Source: the human T2T-CHM13v2.0 reference genome, Homo sapiens
Length of the DNA stretch: 64,000 nt
Reading direction: 5' to 3' (one strand)
Assembly: GCF_009914755.1 (NCBI RefSeq)
Contig: NC_060948.1
Shown here one piece after another: positions 1 to 13,527 of the stretch. How positions within the stretch are numbered: the first letter of the stretch is position 1; every line of letters starts with the position of its first letter. Both the position numbers and the translations under genes were made by a program. Below the pieces are notes generated by a model. That model saw only the letters and a list, made by a program, of their open reading frames with translations. It had not been told where the DNA came from and ran no database searches.

Positions 1-560
1 CTTTCTTCTTCCTTTTTTCTTCTTTCTGTCTTCCTTTCCCCTCCTTCTCTTTTTCCCTCTCTCAATTTCCCCTCCCTTCCTTTCTTCCTGCCTTCCTGCC
101 TTCCTTCCTCCCTCCCCCTCCTTCGCTCCTCCCCCTCCTTCCCTCCCTCCCCCTTCCTCCCCCCTTTCTTTTATATTCTTTTATTTTCTCTTTTCTTTCT
201 TCTTCCTTTTTCTCTCTTTCACTTTCTTTTCTTTCTTCTGTTTCTCTCTTTCTTTCTTCCTTTCCCCTACCTCTCTTTCTCTCCCTCCCTTCTTCCCTCC
301 CTTCATCCGTCTCTGTCTTTCTCCCTTCCTCTTCCTTCCCTTCTCTTCCCTTCCCCTCCCTCCCTCCCACCCTCCCTCCCTTCCTTCTTTTCCCTCTGTA
401 TTCCTTTTTCTTCTTTCCTTCCTTTCTTTCTCTTTCTTCCTTTGCCTTTTCTCTTTTATTCTTTCTCCCTTTCTGCCTTTCTCGTGTACCTCCCTCCCTT
501 CGTTTCCCCTTTCTTTCTTATTTCCTTCCTTGCTTGCTTTCTGCCTTCCTTTTTTTTTTT
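1..560. repeat. CT-rich polypyrimidine low-complexity tract
   Basis: Almost only C/T (CCTT, CTTT, CCCT motifs), ending in a T run; open at window start. Confidence 0.95.
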
Positions 561-675
561 CCAGAGCCCCTGTTAGTATCTTGAAGAACCAGACCCTTGC
601 AGAATAGCCTGGGAGAAATGTTGCTGTACCATTAATGTCTCCCATGTTTTTTACTACAGTCTTCATGAATTCCAC

Positions 676-1300
676 AGTAAACTCCAATTTCAAACTTCCT
701 CTTGAGTTTTCGATCCACCTAGTGACTGTCCTGCATGCTCAACACAAAGATCATATGACACTGCATTATCTCAACCCTCCAGATTATCCATTCCCAGGAT
801 CTCCTATTTCTCAAAATTTTTACCTGAAGCTTTCATCTCTCTTTCTCTAACATAATAATCTCTCTATTTTATTTTCTCTTTCCCACCAGAAGCCAATCAC
901 CTACTTTGATTGAATAATTATTATGAACTGAATTAAACCCTTTTGCTCCAAATTCATGGGTTTCAGCAGTATAAATCCTCATGTGAGATTATGTGAAGAC
1001 AAAGCCTTCAGGGAGGTGATTGGGTTTAGGTAAAATCATAAGAGAGGGGTGTTAATCTGATATGGCTGGTGAATTTATAAGAAGAGGAAAACATTTCAGA
1101 GTTCTCCATCTGCACAAACACAGAAGGACAAACTGTGAAGACATGGTGAGAAGACAACATCTACAAGTCAATGAGGGAGGCCTCAGGAAGAACCAGCCTT
1201 GCCCACACCTTGATCTCAGATGTCCAGCTTCCTGGACTGTAGAAGAGTAAATGTCTGTTGTTTAAGCCTCCCTGTCTATGGCATTCTGTGATAGCAGTCT
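676..1300 (+). repeat. Old local duplication, copy 1 (unique DNA + MLT1 start); partner at 3001-3633
   Basis: AGTAAACTCCAATTTCAAACTTCCTCTTGAG at 676 matches AGTAAGCTCCAATTTCAAACTTCCTCTTGAG at 3001, with colinear similarity for several hundred bp. Confidence 0.9.
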
Positions 1301-1779
1301 TATAAGGAGAGGAGATGAGGACACAGACACAGGCACAGAGACAACCATGTAATGACACAGGGAAAAGATGATGTCTACAAAGTAAGGGGAGAGGCCTCAG
1401 GAGGAACCTTCCCTGCCTACACCTTGATCTTGGATGTTCAGCTTCAAGGATTGTGGGAGAATCAATATCTATTATTTCTAAGCCACCCAGTCTATGGTAT
1501 TCTGTTATAGTATCCTGAAATACACTAAGATATCTCATTAGAAGATAAGATGAGGACACAGACACACACAGAGGGATGACCCTGTGAGGATACAACCCTG
1601 TGAGGACACAAGGAGAAGGTGGCATCTACAAGCCAAGGAGCAGGTCTCAGGAGAAACCAGCCCTGGGTACACCTTGATCTTAGACTTCCAGCTTCAAGGA
1701 CTGTGGGAGAATCAGTGTCTGTTGTTTGAGCCATCGGGTCTGTAGGACTTTGTTACGATAGCCCTAATGGATGGATATG
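919..1779 (+). mobile_element. MLT1 (ERVL-MaLR) LTR with its 3' part tandemly triplicated (STIR-like)
   Basis: MLT1-like start TATTATGAACTGAATT; three units (about 1075-1299, 1300-1532, 1533-1779) each with CTACAA..CTCAGGA..ACCTTGATCT. Confidence 0.8.
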
Positions 1780-2408
1780 CTGTTCTTTAAGCCTGTGGCC
1801 ATCACCATTCCTCTCCTCTGTCACCACCCTCAACCAGGCCTTCATCAACTGCAGCACAGCTCATAAATAGTTCCGAAAAGATTCTTCTGAGCTTTCCATG
1901 GGCTCACTGCCCATGGAAATTGAGCTGATTGAGCTTCAGAGTTTTTTTTTATGTTCAATTATATGCAAGTTATGTGGGATTCCACTCTATGGTGCAGAAG
2001 TGGAATAAAGATGACTCTTTTAATCAGTTTCATTTCCTTCTAAAGTTGTGGTTGCTGTTCATTTTTTTTTCTTTAAACATTCTTTGAACAATTTACCACC
2101 CTTTTGCCAAAGCTTTCATCATTTTCCATTTCTCCCTAGACTCCTATCTTCTCCAGATCTGAGTTCACCATAGCCTGCATCTCAGCTGCAAGTCTACAAG
2201 CCGGCTCTTCTTGGAATTGAGGTCTAAGAACACTGGAGATTTTTCGGAGTCCATGGAAGTATTAAAAAATGCAACTCAAGTGCATTCATGGCTTGGTCTT
2301 GCTAGATGAGGTGACTTATTCTACAGTAACAGAAACATACTATCTAAACTAGAGTTTTAGTTTCTCAGTCGTTTAATGTGTATCTCATGTCTAGAGCTGT
2401 TCAAAGTA

Positions 2409-2845
2409 CAGATGCTCCTCAACTTTAACAATAGGGCTACACCCCATAAACCCATTATAAGTTGAAAATAGTGTAAGTCTAGGCTGCACACAGTGGCTCG
2501 TGACTGAAGTCCAGGAACTTTGGAAGGCAGAGATGGGAGAATCACTTGAGCCCAGAAGTTAGAGACCAGACTGTGCAACATACTGAGACTCTGTCTCTGC
2601 AAAAGAAAAAAAAAATGAACTGGGCATAGCGGTACACACCTGTAGTCCAACTTGGGAGGCTGAGGCAGAAGGATCACTTGAGTACCGGAGGTTGAGGCTG
2701 CAGTGAGCTATGACTGTACCGCTGTCCTCCAGCCTGGGGAACAGAGTGAGACACTGTCTCAAAAAAAAAAAAAAAAGAAAGAAAGAAAAGAAAAAACTCA
2801 AATTGTAAGTCTAAAATGCATTTAATACACCTACCCTAATGAATC
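2409..2845 (+). mobile_element. Tigger4/Zombi-like DNA transposon fragment interrupted by Alu
   Basis: TA-CAGATGCTCCTCAACTT..AAACCCATTATAAGTTGAAAA; resumes TAAGTCTAAAATGCATTTAATACACC after the Alu. Confidence 0.75.
2482..2795 (+). mobile_element. Alu (AluJ-like)
   Basis: Dimeric Alu with A tail; TGTAAGTCTA on both sides as remnant TSD. Confidence 0.9.
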
Positions 2846-3000
2846 CTGATACAAAGATTCTATTAAGCTGTTTATTTGGGTGGGGAGCAAGGAAGAACAA
2901 ACAGAAATTGGAGAAATGAGCTAGAGAGTGGAGAAAGTCCTTGGTCATCTTTACCAAGCAGGTGACCACCATGGATAACCAGGGTGAAGTCCCTGGCTGA

Positions 3001-3633
3001 AGTAAGCTCCAATTTCAAACTTCCTCTTGAGTATTTCAAACCACCTAGCCACTGTCCTGCAGTCTCAACACAAAGATCATGTGATACTGCATCATCTCAA
3101 CTCTCCAAATTATCCATTCCCAGGCTCTCCTATTTCTCAAAAATTTTACATGAAGCTCTTATGTCTCTTTCTCTAATTTAATACTCTCTACATTTTTATT
3201 CCCTCTTTCCCACCAGAAGCCAATCATCTACTTTGGTTGAATAATTACTATGAGCTGAATTATGCCCTTTTGCCCAAAATTCATGGGTTTAAGCCAGAAA
3301 ACCCCATGTGAGATTATGTGAAAACAGAGCCTTTAGGAGGTGATTGTGTTTAGGTAAAATCATAAGAGAGGAGTCTTAATCTTTATAAGAAGAGTAACCA
3401 TTTCAGAGTTCTCCCTCTGCACACACACAGAGGGACAACCACCTGAGGATACAGGGAGAAGATAGTGACTACAATCTACAAGCCAAGCAGAGAAGCCTCA
3501 AGAGGAAGCAGCCCTGCCCACACCTTAATCTCAGACTTATAGCCTCCGTGACCCTGAGAGAATCAATATCTGTTGTTTACAAGCCACTCAGTCTATGGTA
3601 TTCTGTGATAGCAGACTGAAATGGACTAAGACA
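3001..3633 (+). repeat. Old local duplication, copy 2 (MLT1 portion 3246-3633)
   Basis: Colinear with 676-1300; ends GAAATGGACTAAGACA. Confidence 0.9.
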
Positions 3634-3929
3634 CTTCATAAAAAGAGATCAGGATGCATAAGGATTCATAAGAAGAGATCAGCTTTTCCAAAGCTGCAAG
3701 CTTTGGAAAGAGAACAGAATACTCTTTCCAGCTGTGGGATGGGTGAATGAGAGTACTTGCCCTTCAACACTCATTAGTCCTTAGCTGAGGGCAGTTCTTT
3801 GTGGGACCTCCTAGATTCTCGGCACTCTGGCTTGACTAACACATGTCCAACTATCAGGCTCCCCTGGTCACATAAAGACCTCAAGCAAAGGAGCACAGGG
3901 GCACCCTGTTGGAAGCATTAGGGTCAGCG

Positions 3930-5270
<1,341 letters not shown>

Positions 5271-5299
5271 TTGTTGTTTTCTGTTTTGGTTTCTTGTAT

Positions 5300-5440
5300 A
5301 ATTTATTATTTTATTTTATTTTATTTTAAGTTCTGGAGTACATGTGCAGGGATGTGAACGTTTGTTACATAGGTAAATGGGTGCCATAGTGGTCTGCTTC
5401 ACCTGTCAACCCATCACCTAGGTATTAAGCCCAGAATGCC
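5300..5440 (-). mobile_element. Older L1PA 3' end fragment
   Basis: (TTTTA)n tail then AAGTTCTGGAGTACATGTGCAGG..GGTATTAAGCCC. Confidence 0.75.
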
Positions 5441-6090
5441 TTTTTGTATAAATTTAAGGGGTGTAATTTTGTTACATCGACATATTCCATAGTGATAAAG
5501 TATTGGCTTTTTGTGTGACCATCACCCAAATAACTTACATTGTACCCATCAAGAGCTTTCTCATCCCTCACACCCCTCCCACCCTTCCAAGTCCCCAACG
5601 ACTATTATTCCACACACTGTCCATGTGCACACATTATTTGGCTCCCACTTATAAATGAAAACATGAAGTATTTGGCTTTCTGTTTCTGTGTTGTTTCACC
5701 CAAGACACAAGTATGGCCCCTAGTTCCATCTGATGCTGTAAAAGACATTATTTTATTCTTTTTTATGACTAAGTACTATTCAATTGTATATATATATATG
5801 TGTGTGTATATATTATGTGTGTATATATGTATATATACATATACATGTATACATATATGTGTGCATATATAGGTATATATACATATAAATGTATACATAT
5901 ATGTGTGTGTATATACATACCACATTTTCTTTATCCAATCATTCACGCTAAAGTTGATTCCATGTCTTTGCTATTGTGAATATGCTGTAATAAACATGTG
6001 AATGCTCAGTGTCTTTTTGATATGATGATTTCTTTCCCTTTGGGAAAACACCCAGTACTGGGATTGCTGGGTGGAATGGTAGTTCTGTGA
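5441..6090 (-). mobile_element. L1MA/L1PB-like 3' end with internal (TA/CA)n at about 5786-5920
   Basis: CTCCCACTTATAAATGAAAACATG..CCCAGTACTGGGATTGCTGG. Confidence 0.75.
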
Positions 6091-6461
6091 TACCATTTTT
6101 TAAAGTGTCAAATGAAGCAAATTCTATATTACCTATTAAGAATATAGATGTATGTCTAATTTAAAATCAAATATGTGTATCTACACAAATACACACACAG
6201 TTTAGACTTATTAGAATATATAGTAACATAATTTTTAAAATAAGGAAATGATAAAATCTAAATTCAGGATAGTGGTGAATGCCAGGTAGAAACAGAGAAT
6301 AAGGGATGAAGCAGAGAAAAAAAAAACAGATAAATACAAGATATTGTTAATAACATAATTCTCATGCTGAACAGTAGGTATTTTACAGTTCATTATATTA
6401 TTATGCCTGACATACTTCATATTTTGTATATGGCAAATACTGCATTTAAAATAGAACAAAC

Positions 6462-7170
6462 GCTGGGCATAGTGATTCATGCCTGTAATCCTAGCACTTT
6501 GGGAGGCCAAGGCAGGAGGACCATGTGAAGTCAGAAGTTCAAGGCCAGCAGGGGTAACATGGCAAGACCTAATCTCTACAAAAAATTTTTTTAAAAAAGC
6601 CAGGCATGGTGGCACAAGTTTTGTATTGGCCCATTCTTACATTGCTATAAAGAAATACCTGAGACTGGATAATTTCTAAGAAAAGAGGTTTAACTGGTTT
6701 GCGGTTCTGCAGGCTGTACAGGCAGCACAGTGGCTTCTGCTTCTGGGGAGGCCTCAGGAAACTTACAATCATGGTGGAAGGAAAGGGGAAGCAGGCGTCT
6801 CAAATGACAGAAGCAGGAGCAAGAGCGGGGTGGGAGGTGCTACACACTTTCAAACAACCAGATCTCGTGAGAACTCACCATAACACAAACAGCACTAGGG
6901 GGATGGTGCTAACCCGTTCATGAGAAACCGCCCCTATGATCCAATCACCTCCCACCAGGCTCCACCTCCAACACTGGGAATTACAGTTCAGCATGAGATT
7001 TGGGCAGGAACACACATCCAAACTAGATCACACTTGTAGCCCCAGCTACTCAGAAGGCTGAGGCAGGAGGATTGCTTGAGCCCAGGAGTTCAAGGCTACA
7101 GTGAGCTATGGTTGTGCCACTGCACTCCAGTCTGGATAACAGAGCAAGACCTTATTTCTTAAAAAGAAAA
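6462..7170 (+). mobile_element. AluJ-like element split by an MST LTR (6462-6621 and 7031-7170)
   Basis: Alu stops at CAGGCATGGTGGCAC and resumes at CTTGTAGCCCCAGCTACTC. Confidence 0.85.
6622..7030 (-). mobile_element. MSTA/MSTB solo LTR
   Basis: TGTATTGGCCCATTCTTACATTGCTATAAAGAAATACCTGAGAC..CATCCAAACTAGATCA; TG..CA ends. Confidence 0.85.
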
Positions 7171-7878
7171 TTAAATAGATAAATTAATTAAATAGAAGAA
7201 ACTGTTCTTTACAAATGTAAATAGCAATAGCATTCTTGCAAACTTTTAATCTGTTATATGTATGCATCTTGTGAGGTCTAATTATGTTGAAGAAGTGCTG
7301 CCCAAATCACAGAGTACCCAGAAAATTGTCCTTCTATTACCATTCTGTTTGTTCCCGTTCAATGCTCAATATGAGAGTGTGAGTTGAATATTTCTGTAAA
7401 ACAATACATTTTCTTACTAATAAACTTTTGATTTTTTAAGGATAAATATGATGAGACATAACATATTTGAAGTTTCTCATCTACGTAGAAAATGATGGCT
7501 GGAAAAAAATGAAAACAAAGTAAAATGTCTTTGCTCATGAAAAACTTTAGAAAGAGTTGTTATATATCAAGAGCGCTGTCAGCTTCAAATCACCTTTAGA
7601 GAGAATGGAGGGCATGGCCTTAAGAAAAACCTGCCAAAATATCTGACGCAATTCACCAGGAAACATTCACATGAATTTGTAGTCGGGTTTGCCATTTACT
7701 GTAATACTACCAGCTTCCTATTTACATTCTGAAATGGATTGCGATAGACACATGAAGGGCCTTTACAAGAGCTTGTCAATTTCTATTTCTTTCATTGTGT
7801 CTGCCTTCTAATATTCATGAAACCTAACCCACATTGTATTTTTCTATGTTTCTATTGTATTTAATAATAAAAATATAA

Positions 7879-8166
7879 GCCAAGTGCAGTGGCTCACACC
7901 TATAATTCCAGCACTTTCGGAGGCTGAGGTGGGAGGACTACCTAAGCCTCAGAGTTCGAGACCAGACTTGGCTACATAGGGAGACCTTGCCTCTGCCAAA
8001 AATTTTAAAAGATAGCTCAGCATGGTGGCACATGCCTGTGATCCCACCTAGGTTGAGGTGGGAAAATCGCTTGAGCCTGACAGTTTGAGGCTGCAGTGAG
8101 CTATGATCGTACCACTGCACTCAGCTTGGGTGACAGAGTGAAACCTTGTCTCAAAAATAATAATAA
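7879..8166 (+). mobile_element. Alu (AluJ-like)
   Basis: Dimeric Alu with (TAA)n tail. Confidence 0.9.
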
Positions 8167-8977
8167 TGGCAACATGAACTAATAATAAAACACACATTTA
8201 AAGAAAAATAACAAAAATGTAAGCACTGATTCATTTTCTATACTTTATAATATGGCTTCAGAGCTGATCTGGTACAGATACTAGCTTACCCTGGGATGCT
8301 TTAGAGAGGAAAACTATAAAGGGGTTTGAACTGAATTTCAAAAGAGAAATTTAGAAATGAAGAGGAAGAATATCTGGGAGCAAAGAGAGAAGACATGCAT
8401 AAGTTACAACTGAATACATGACTTTGGAATTCAGAGTTGGTTATGAACAAGGTGTCATGAGATGACTGGGGGAAATGGCTTGCTTTAAGTAGGGGACAGC
8501 AGAAGGAATGGGGGAATTTGTAAGCCAGATGTAGCAGTTCCCATATGGCAAATCAGAATGTAGGGAGACACGAGAGACTCCAGTTATGGGGTAGCAGGAG
8601 AGAAAGCAGTGTGTGAGGTGGACTGTGCGAGCGGCAGATTGGACTTGGGAGTGGTTGAGTTCTCTTCAAAGCAGGCTCTGAGGTGGAATTTAGTTCACCA
8701 GATGCTTATTACAAATGCTGATTATTGGAAAGGAGAATTGCATTTGACATGAGGCTGTGTGGTCCAGAAAAATGTCTTTCTTTCTTGAGTGATGGCTTAT
8801 GCACTATGCCTGAGCCACAATAAATTTTACCTCCTGCATTTTTCTTCCAAGAAGTCAGGCAGCTCATTAGCTGCCAAAAAGGAAGGTTTTGTCCCATTCT
8901 GACTTCTCTGGTTAGTGGAGAGAACACTTGCAAATTTCCAAATTGTCCCTTTGAAACTTTCTAGGAGTGTCACATTG

Positions 8978-9690
8978 ATTATAGATAGAAAAGTGAGAAG
9001 GATAATAGGTGAGTCAACAGATTATAGATGATTAGATAGATGAGATAGTTAATAGATATTAGAGATGGATAAATGATAGAGATAGATGGTAGATTAGACA
9101 TATGATATGATATGATATGATATGATATGATATGATATGATGTGATATGATATGATATGAGGATAGATGGATGGATGGATGTTGGATGGATGGATGATGG
9201 ATTGATGGATGGATGGATGGAGAGACTGACAGACAGAAGAATAGATAGATACAATAGTTGGATACATACATAGATATGACATATAGATAGATAGATGAGA
9301 TACACAGATATAGATGATAGCTATATAGATATGATACATGGATAGATACATGAGATACATAGATATAGATGGATAGATACATAGATATGATAGATGATAG
9401 ATACATAGATATGATGGACAGATGAGGTGCATAGATATAGATAGATACATAGATGTGATATATGGATAGATGAGATACATAGATATAGATTGATATATAT
9501 GATGGATGGATTGGTACATAGATATGATGGATAGATAAGATGCATAGATATAGATGATAGATACATAGATATGATATATGGATAGATGAGATACATGGAA
9601 GATATATGGGTACAAAGATTATCAAATAAATGGATGGTTGATAGACTGATAGATATAGATAGGTAGATATATAGCTAGATAGATGTAGCT
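8978..9690. repeat. Compound GATA/GATAT/GGAT microsatellite block
   Basis: (ATATG)n at about 9100-9160, (GGAT)n 9161-9220, degenerate GATA-derived units to 9690. Confidence 0.95.
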
Positions 9691-10442
9691 TGTTACGAAC
9701 ACTTGAAATTCTTATTCCAAGTGCCAATTCCTCACCTTCCTCAATCAGGCCCACTTCAGTGACACTTAATCATTAGAAATGTTGCAACTGGCATGTGGTT
9801 GGAGGTTGGTTCTTAATGGGGAAGGGCCATGAGTAGTGGGCAAACAAGAGAGAAAAGGAACCCAGAAATGCAGAGGACATGGCAGTGAAGCTGTTTCATG
9901 TCTTGTACACTTCGGCAAGCCATCCTCCCTCCTCCATGGCAAAGGGCATCTGAGGTCGTGTAGGAGACAAGGAGCACCAGGGGGAAAGAGTGGCAATGAC
10001 AAGTTGGCACTGGCTAGGAGGTGCTGTGGAAACAGGAGCAGGAGCACAGCTGTGATGAGGCAACAGCTGACACAGTGTGGTTTGGATGAAGCTTGTGTGG
10101 CCAGGAGATTGTGGGCTGGTTAAAGGGGACCAAGAGAGTGAAAATGAATAGAATGAAGCCAGGAGTTGGGATATGCCTTGAGCAACACCTCACCCAGTCT
10201 TTCATTTTCCTTCTGGAAACACTGAAAAAAAATAAACTGGCAGGAAAAACAAATGTTTCACCACCTGGCTTTCCCAATTTATTTTGCATGAATTGCATGC
10301 ATTGTTTTTGATATCATCCCTGTGACTGAATTCACTAGTGATGGTTTCAGAAGGAAAATAGTTTGATGGTCTGGAAAGGAAAAAATGAATAGAAAAAATC
10401 ACTTAAAATAATGGATCTAGCATTAACCTTCTTCAATCTCTC

Positions 10443-10443
<1 letters not shown>

Positions 10444-10474
<31 letters not shown>
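10444..10474. repeat. (TG)n microsatellite
   Basis: About 15 perfect TG units. Confidence 0.95.
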
Positions 10475-10477
<3 letters not shown>

Positions 10478-10568
10478 CTTTAAGAAATTAATAGAAAGCA
10501 AATAACAAAATAATTCCCTCTAAATAATGTAGAAAAAAAGCTTATGATCTAACAGAGGGATTTTGTAG

Positions 10569-10820
<252 letters not shown>

Positions 10821-10858
10821 TTGAAATAAAGAAAAGAGAATAGCAAGAATTAATTACA

Positions 10859-11172
10859 CAATCAGCCTTCTATTCTGTGTATTCAAACTCTCATGGATCA
10901 GAAATATGGAAAAAAAAAACATCTGAACTAAACAAGTACAGATTTTCTTTGTCATCATTCCATAAATAATTCAGCATAGCCACTATTTACATAACATTTA
11001 CAGTGCATTTGGTAGTATAGGTAATCTAGAAATGATTTAAAGTATACAAGAGGTTTGCACAGGTTATACACAAGTATTACACAATTTTATATCAGGATCT
11101 TGAACATCCATGGGTTTTAGTACCTCTGGGAGCTGGTGGAATCAATCCCCCATGAATACCAAGGGAAAACTG
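10859..11172. mobile_element. MER2 (TcMar-Tigger)
   Basis: GTAATCTAGAAATGATTTAAAGTATAC core; terminus ATACCAAGGGAAAACTG-TA. Confidence 0.8.
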
Positions 11173-11613
11173 TATTTCACAGGCAAATCTGTCTGTTTCT
11201 ATTAGGTGAGGACTATGTGATAAGAATAGCTGGTAACATTTAACAATCCTCCCCCTACCTGTACAGCAGATGGAAGGCCAATTACTTTTGCTATTCATGA
11301 CTATGATGTAGAGAACATTTCCTGTCTGAGTTGAGATTTTCACTCTAAAGAAGCACATTTGCTTATTACTAAACTCTCCAGGTCCAGTTAAGAGCATGAC
11401 TCTATCCTCAAATATGATATACAACCTACCTTTATAAAAAATCAGTTCATAACTGTCCCCTAGCCCAAGGGCAGGGTCTATATGGTGATGGTAAGGAACT
11501 CAAAAGGCTTCTCCCAAACTCATTCCTGCCAAGAAGGAGACACGGTAGCTGCTAATCTGAGAGTCACATGACCAGAACATTTTAGGTCAATCCGTATTTA
11601 AGATATTCTCTCA

Positions 11614-11922
11614 GGCAGGTCATCGTGGCTCACAGCTGTATTCCAAGCACTTTGGGACACCAAAGTGGGAGAATTGTTTAAGACCAGGAGCTTGAGCCCA
11701 GAAGCTCAAGACCAGGCTGGGCAACACAGTGAGCCCCCATCTCTAAAAAAATAAAACAAAAATAATCAGCTGGGCATGCTGGTGCATGACTATACTACCA
11801 GCTCCTTGGGAGGCTGATGTGGGAGGATCACTTTAGCCTAGGAGGTCTAGGCTGCAGTGGGCTGTGATTACACCACTGCACTTCAGCCTGAGTGATGGAG
11901 AAAGACCCTGTCTCAAAAAAAA
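11614..11922 (+). mobile_element. Alu (AluJ-like)
   Basis: Dimeric Alu; tail runs into GGAA repeat. Confidence 0.9.
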
Positions 11923-12030
11923 AGAAAGAAGGAAAGAAGGAAGGAAGGAAGGAAGGAAGGAAGGAAGGAAGGAAGGAAGGAAGGAAGGGAAGGAGGGAGG
12001 GAGGGAGGGAGGGTGGGAGGGAGGGAGGCA
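11923..12030. repeat. (GGAA)n/(GGGA)n microsatellite
   Basis: More than 10 consecutive GGAA units then GGGA units. Confidence 0.95.
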
Positions 12031-13216
12031 GGAAAGTCTCATTTTACCTATACGGAGAAAAAAAAGGAAAGATTGGAATTGCTCAAAGAAGAGAAAGATG
12101 GAATAGGAAGAGAAAGAAATGGATGAAGATGTGCACTTATTGAATCCTAAGTCACACCAAACATATAACAAAAAATAGCAAACACATATAACAAATCTTA
12201 CTCTATAGATGAGGAGATGCAGGTTTAAAGAGCAACTGGAAAGCAGATGGCGTAGGAATAAAAGATGAGTTCCAAGACAAGACCTCCAATGTGAGTTTTC
12301 CTGGCTTTAACATCTATCTTTCTCCCATACTGCCTTAGGCCTTTGGTGTGTGGGTTGAGCTTGGTTGGGAAAATATGGCCACCATATTGCTGGGAAAGCC
12401 ACCAAGAGTGGACTGTTACCAATATCCAAGGGACATGAGTCACTTCACATTTTCTTTCCTCTTGACTTTAAATACTCAGTGCTTTAATTTCAGACCAAAA
12501 TTTATTTTTTTTTTCCAGAGGGTGAAGGATCCTAAAATATTGTTGCCTTTGCTCCATAAACCCAATATTTTAGAAGAGTAATTCAAAGAGAAGTGTCATT
12601 AAATGATTACTCCATAGTGGAAAGCCTCAATTGCCCTCTGTTTGCCTTAGGGGAAGACCACAAAACAAAAGATGACAGCCAACCAATCATCACCATCCCT
12701 GTGGCAGTTCTGAGCCTTGGTCATGCCACATGTACCCTCCAGATAGCACACATTTCTCATGGGGCAGCCTGGGTGGGTGATGGGAAAGTAAAGCCACTTG
12801 TTCCAACACATTCCCAGAAGTATTAATTTTTGAAAATGATGCATGTGTAATTTAAAAATAAATATTCACCCACAGTAGAGTCAACAGGAATGTCAGTATG
12901 TCACGATCTCCTATACTTATTTCTACTGCAAATAAGAGAGGGAAAAATTGCAAAGCCTGAGATACACATTTATAAATGATAATATAATTATCCTCCTCCA
13001 ATAATCAGGATGTTATAGTCAAAAAAAAAATACGCTGTCAATGTTCAACTCACTAGGTTATATAGGCAGTATAGGCAGGTATGTATTTAAATTTATTCAA
13101 AGGTGATAAAAGGGGATTCAAACGTAAGAACTAATGAGGATGAATGTTATACAATATTCTCACCTGAGATGAAAAGAGAACTAAGTTTGAAGATATTGGA
13201 CTTTAATTGAAGACAT

Positions 13217-13492
13217 AGCTGGGTGCGGTGACTCACACCTGTAATCCCAGCCCTTTGAGAGGCCAAGGTGGGCATATCAATTGAACCCAGGAGTTTAACA
13301 GCTTGGGCAATGTAGCAAAACCCCACGTCTACTAAAAATGCAAAAATTAGCTGGCGTGGTAGTGCGTACCTCTATTCTCAGCTACTTAGGAGGCTGAGGC
13401 TGGAGGATAACTAGCACCCAGGAGGCAGAGGTTGCAGTGAGCTGCACTCCAACCTGAGTGACAGCATGAGACCCTGTCTCAAAAAATAAAAT
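13217..13492 (+). mobile_element. Alu with small internal deletions
   Basis: GCTGGGTGCGGTGACTCACACCTGTAATCCCAGC..CTGTCTCAAAAAA. Confidence 0.9.
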
Positions 13493-13527
13493 AGACACAT
13501 TCTATAAGGTATAAGGACACAGGTATT

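Noticed and set aside
62-693. K/R/E/G-rich ORFs of 102 and 170 aa
   Set aside because: Translation of the stop-free purine strand of the CT tract
8979-9754. ORFs up to 231 aa rich in I/Y/S/H
   Set aside because: Artefact of the GATA microsatellite
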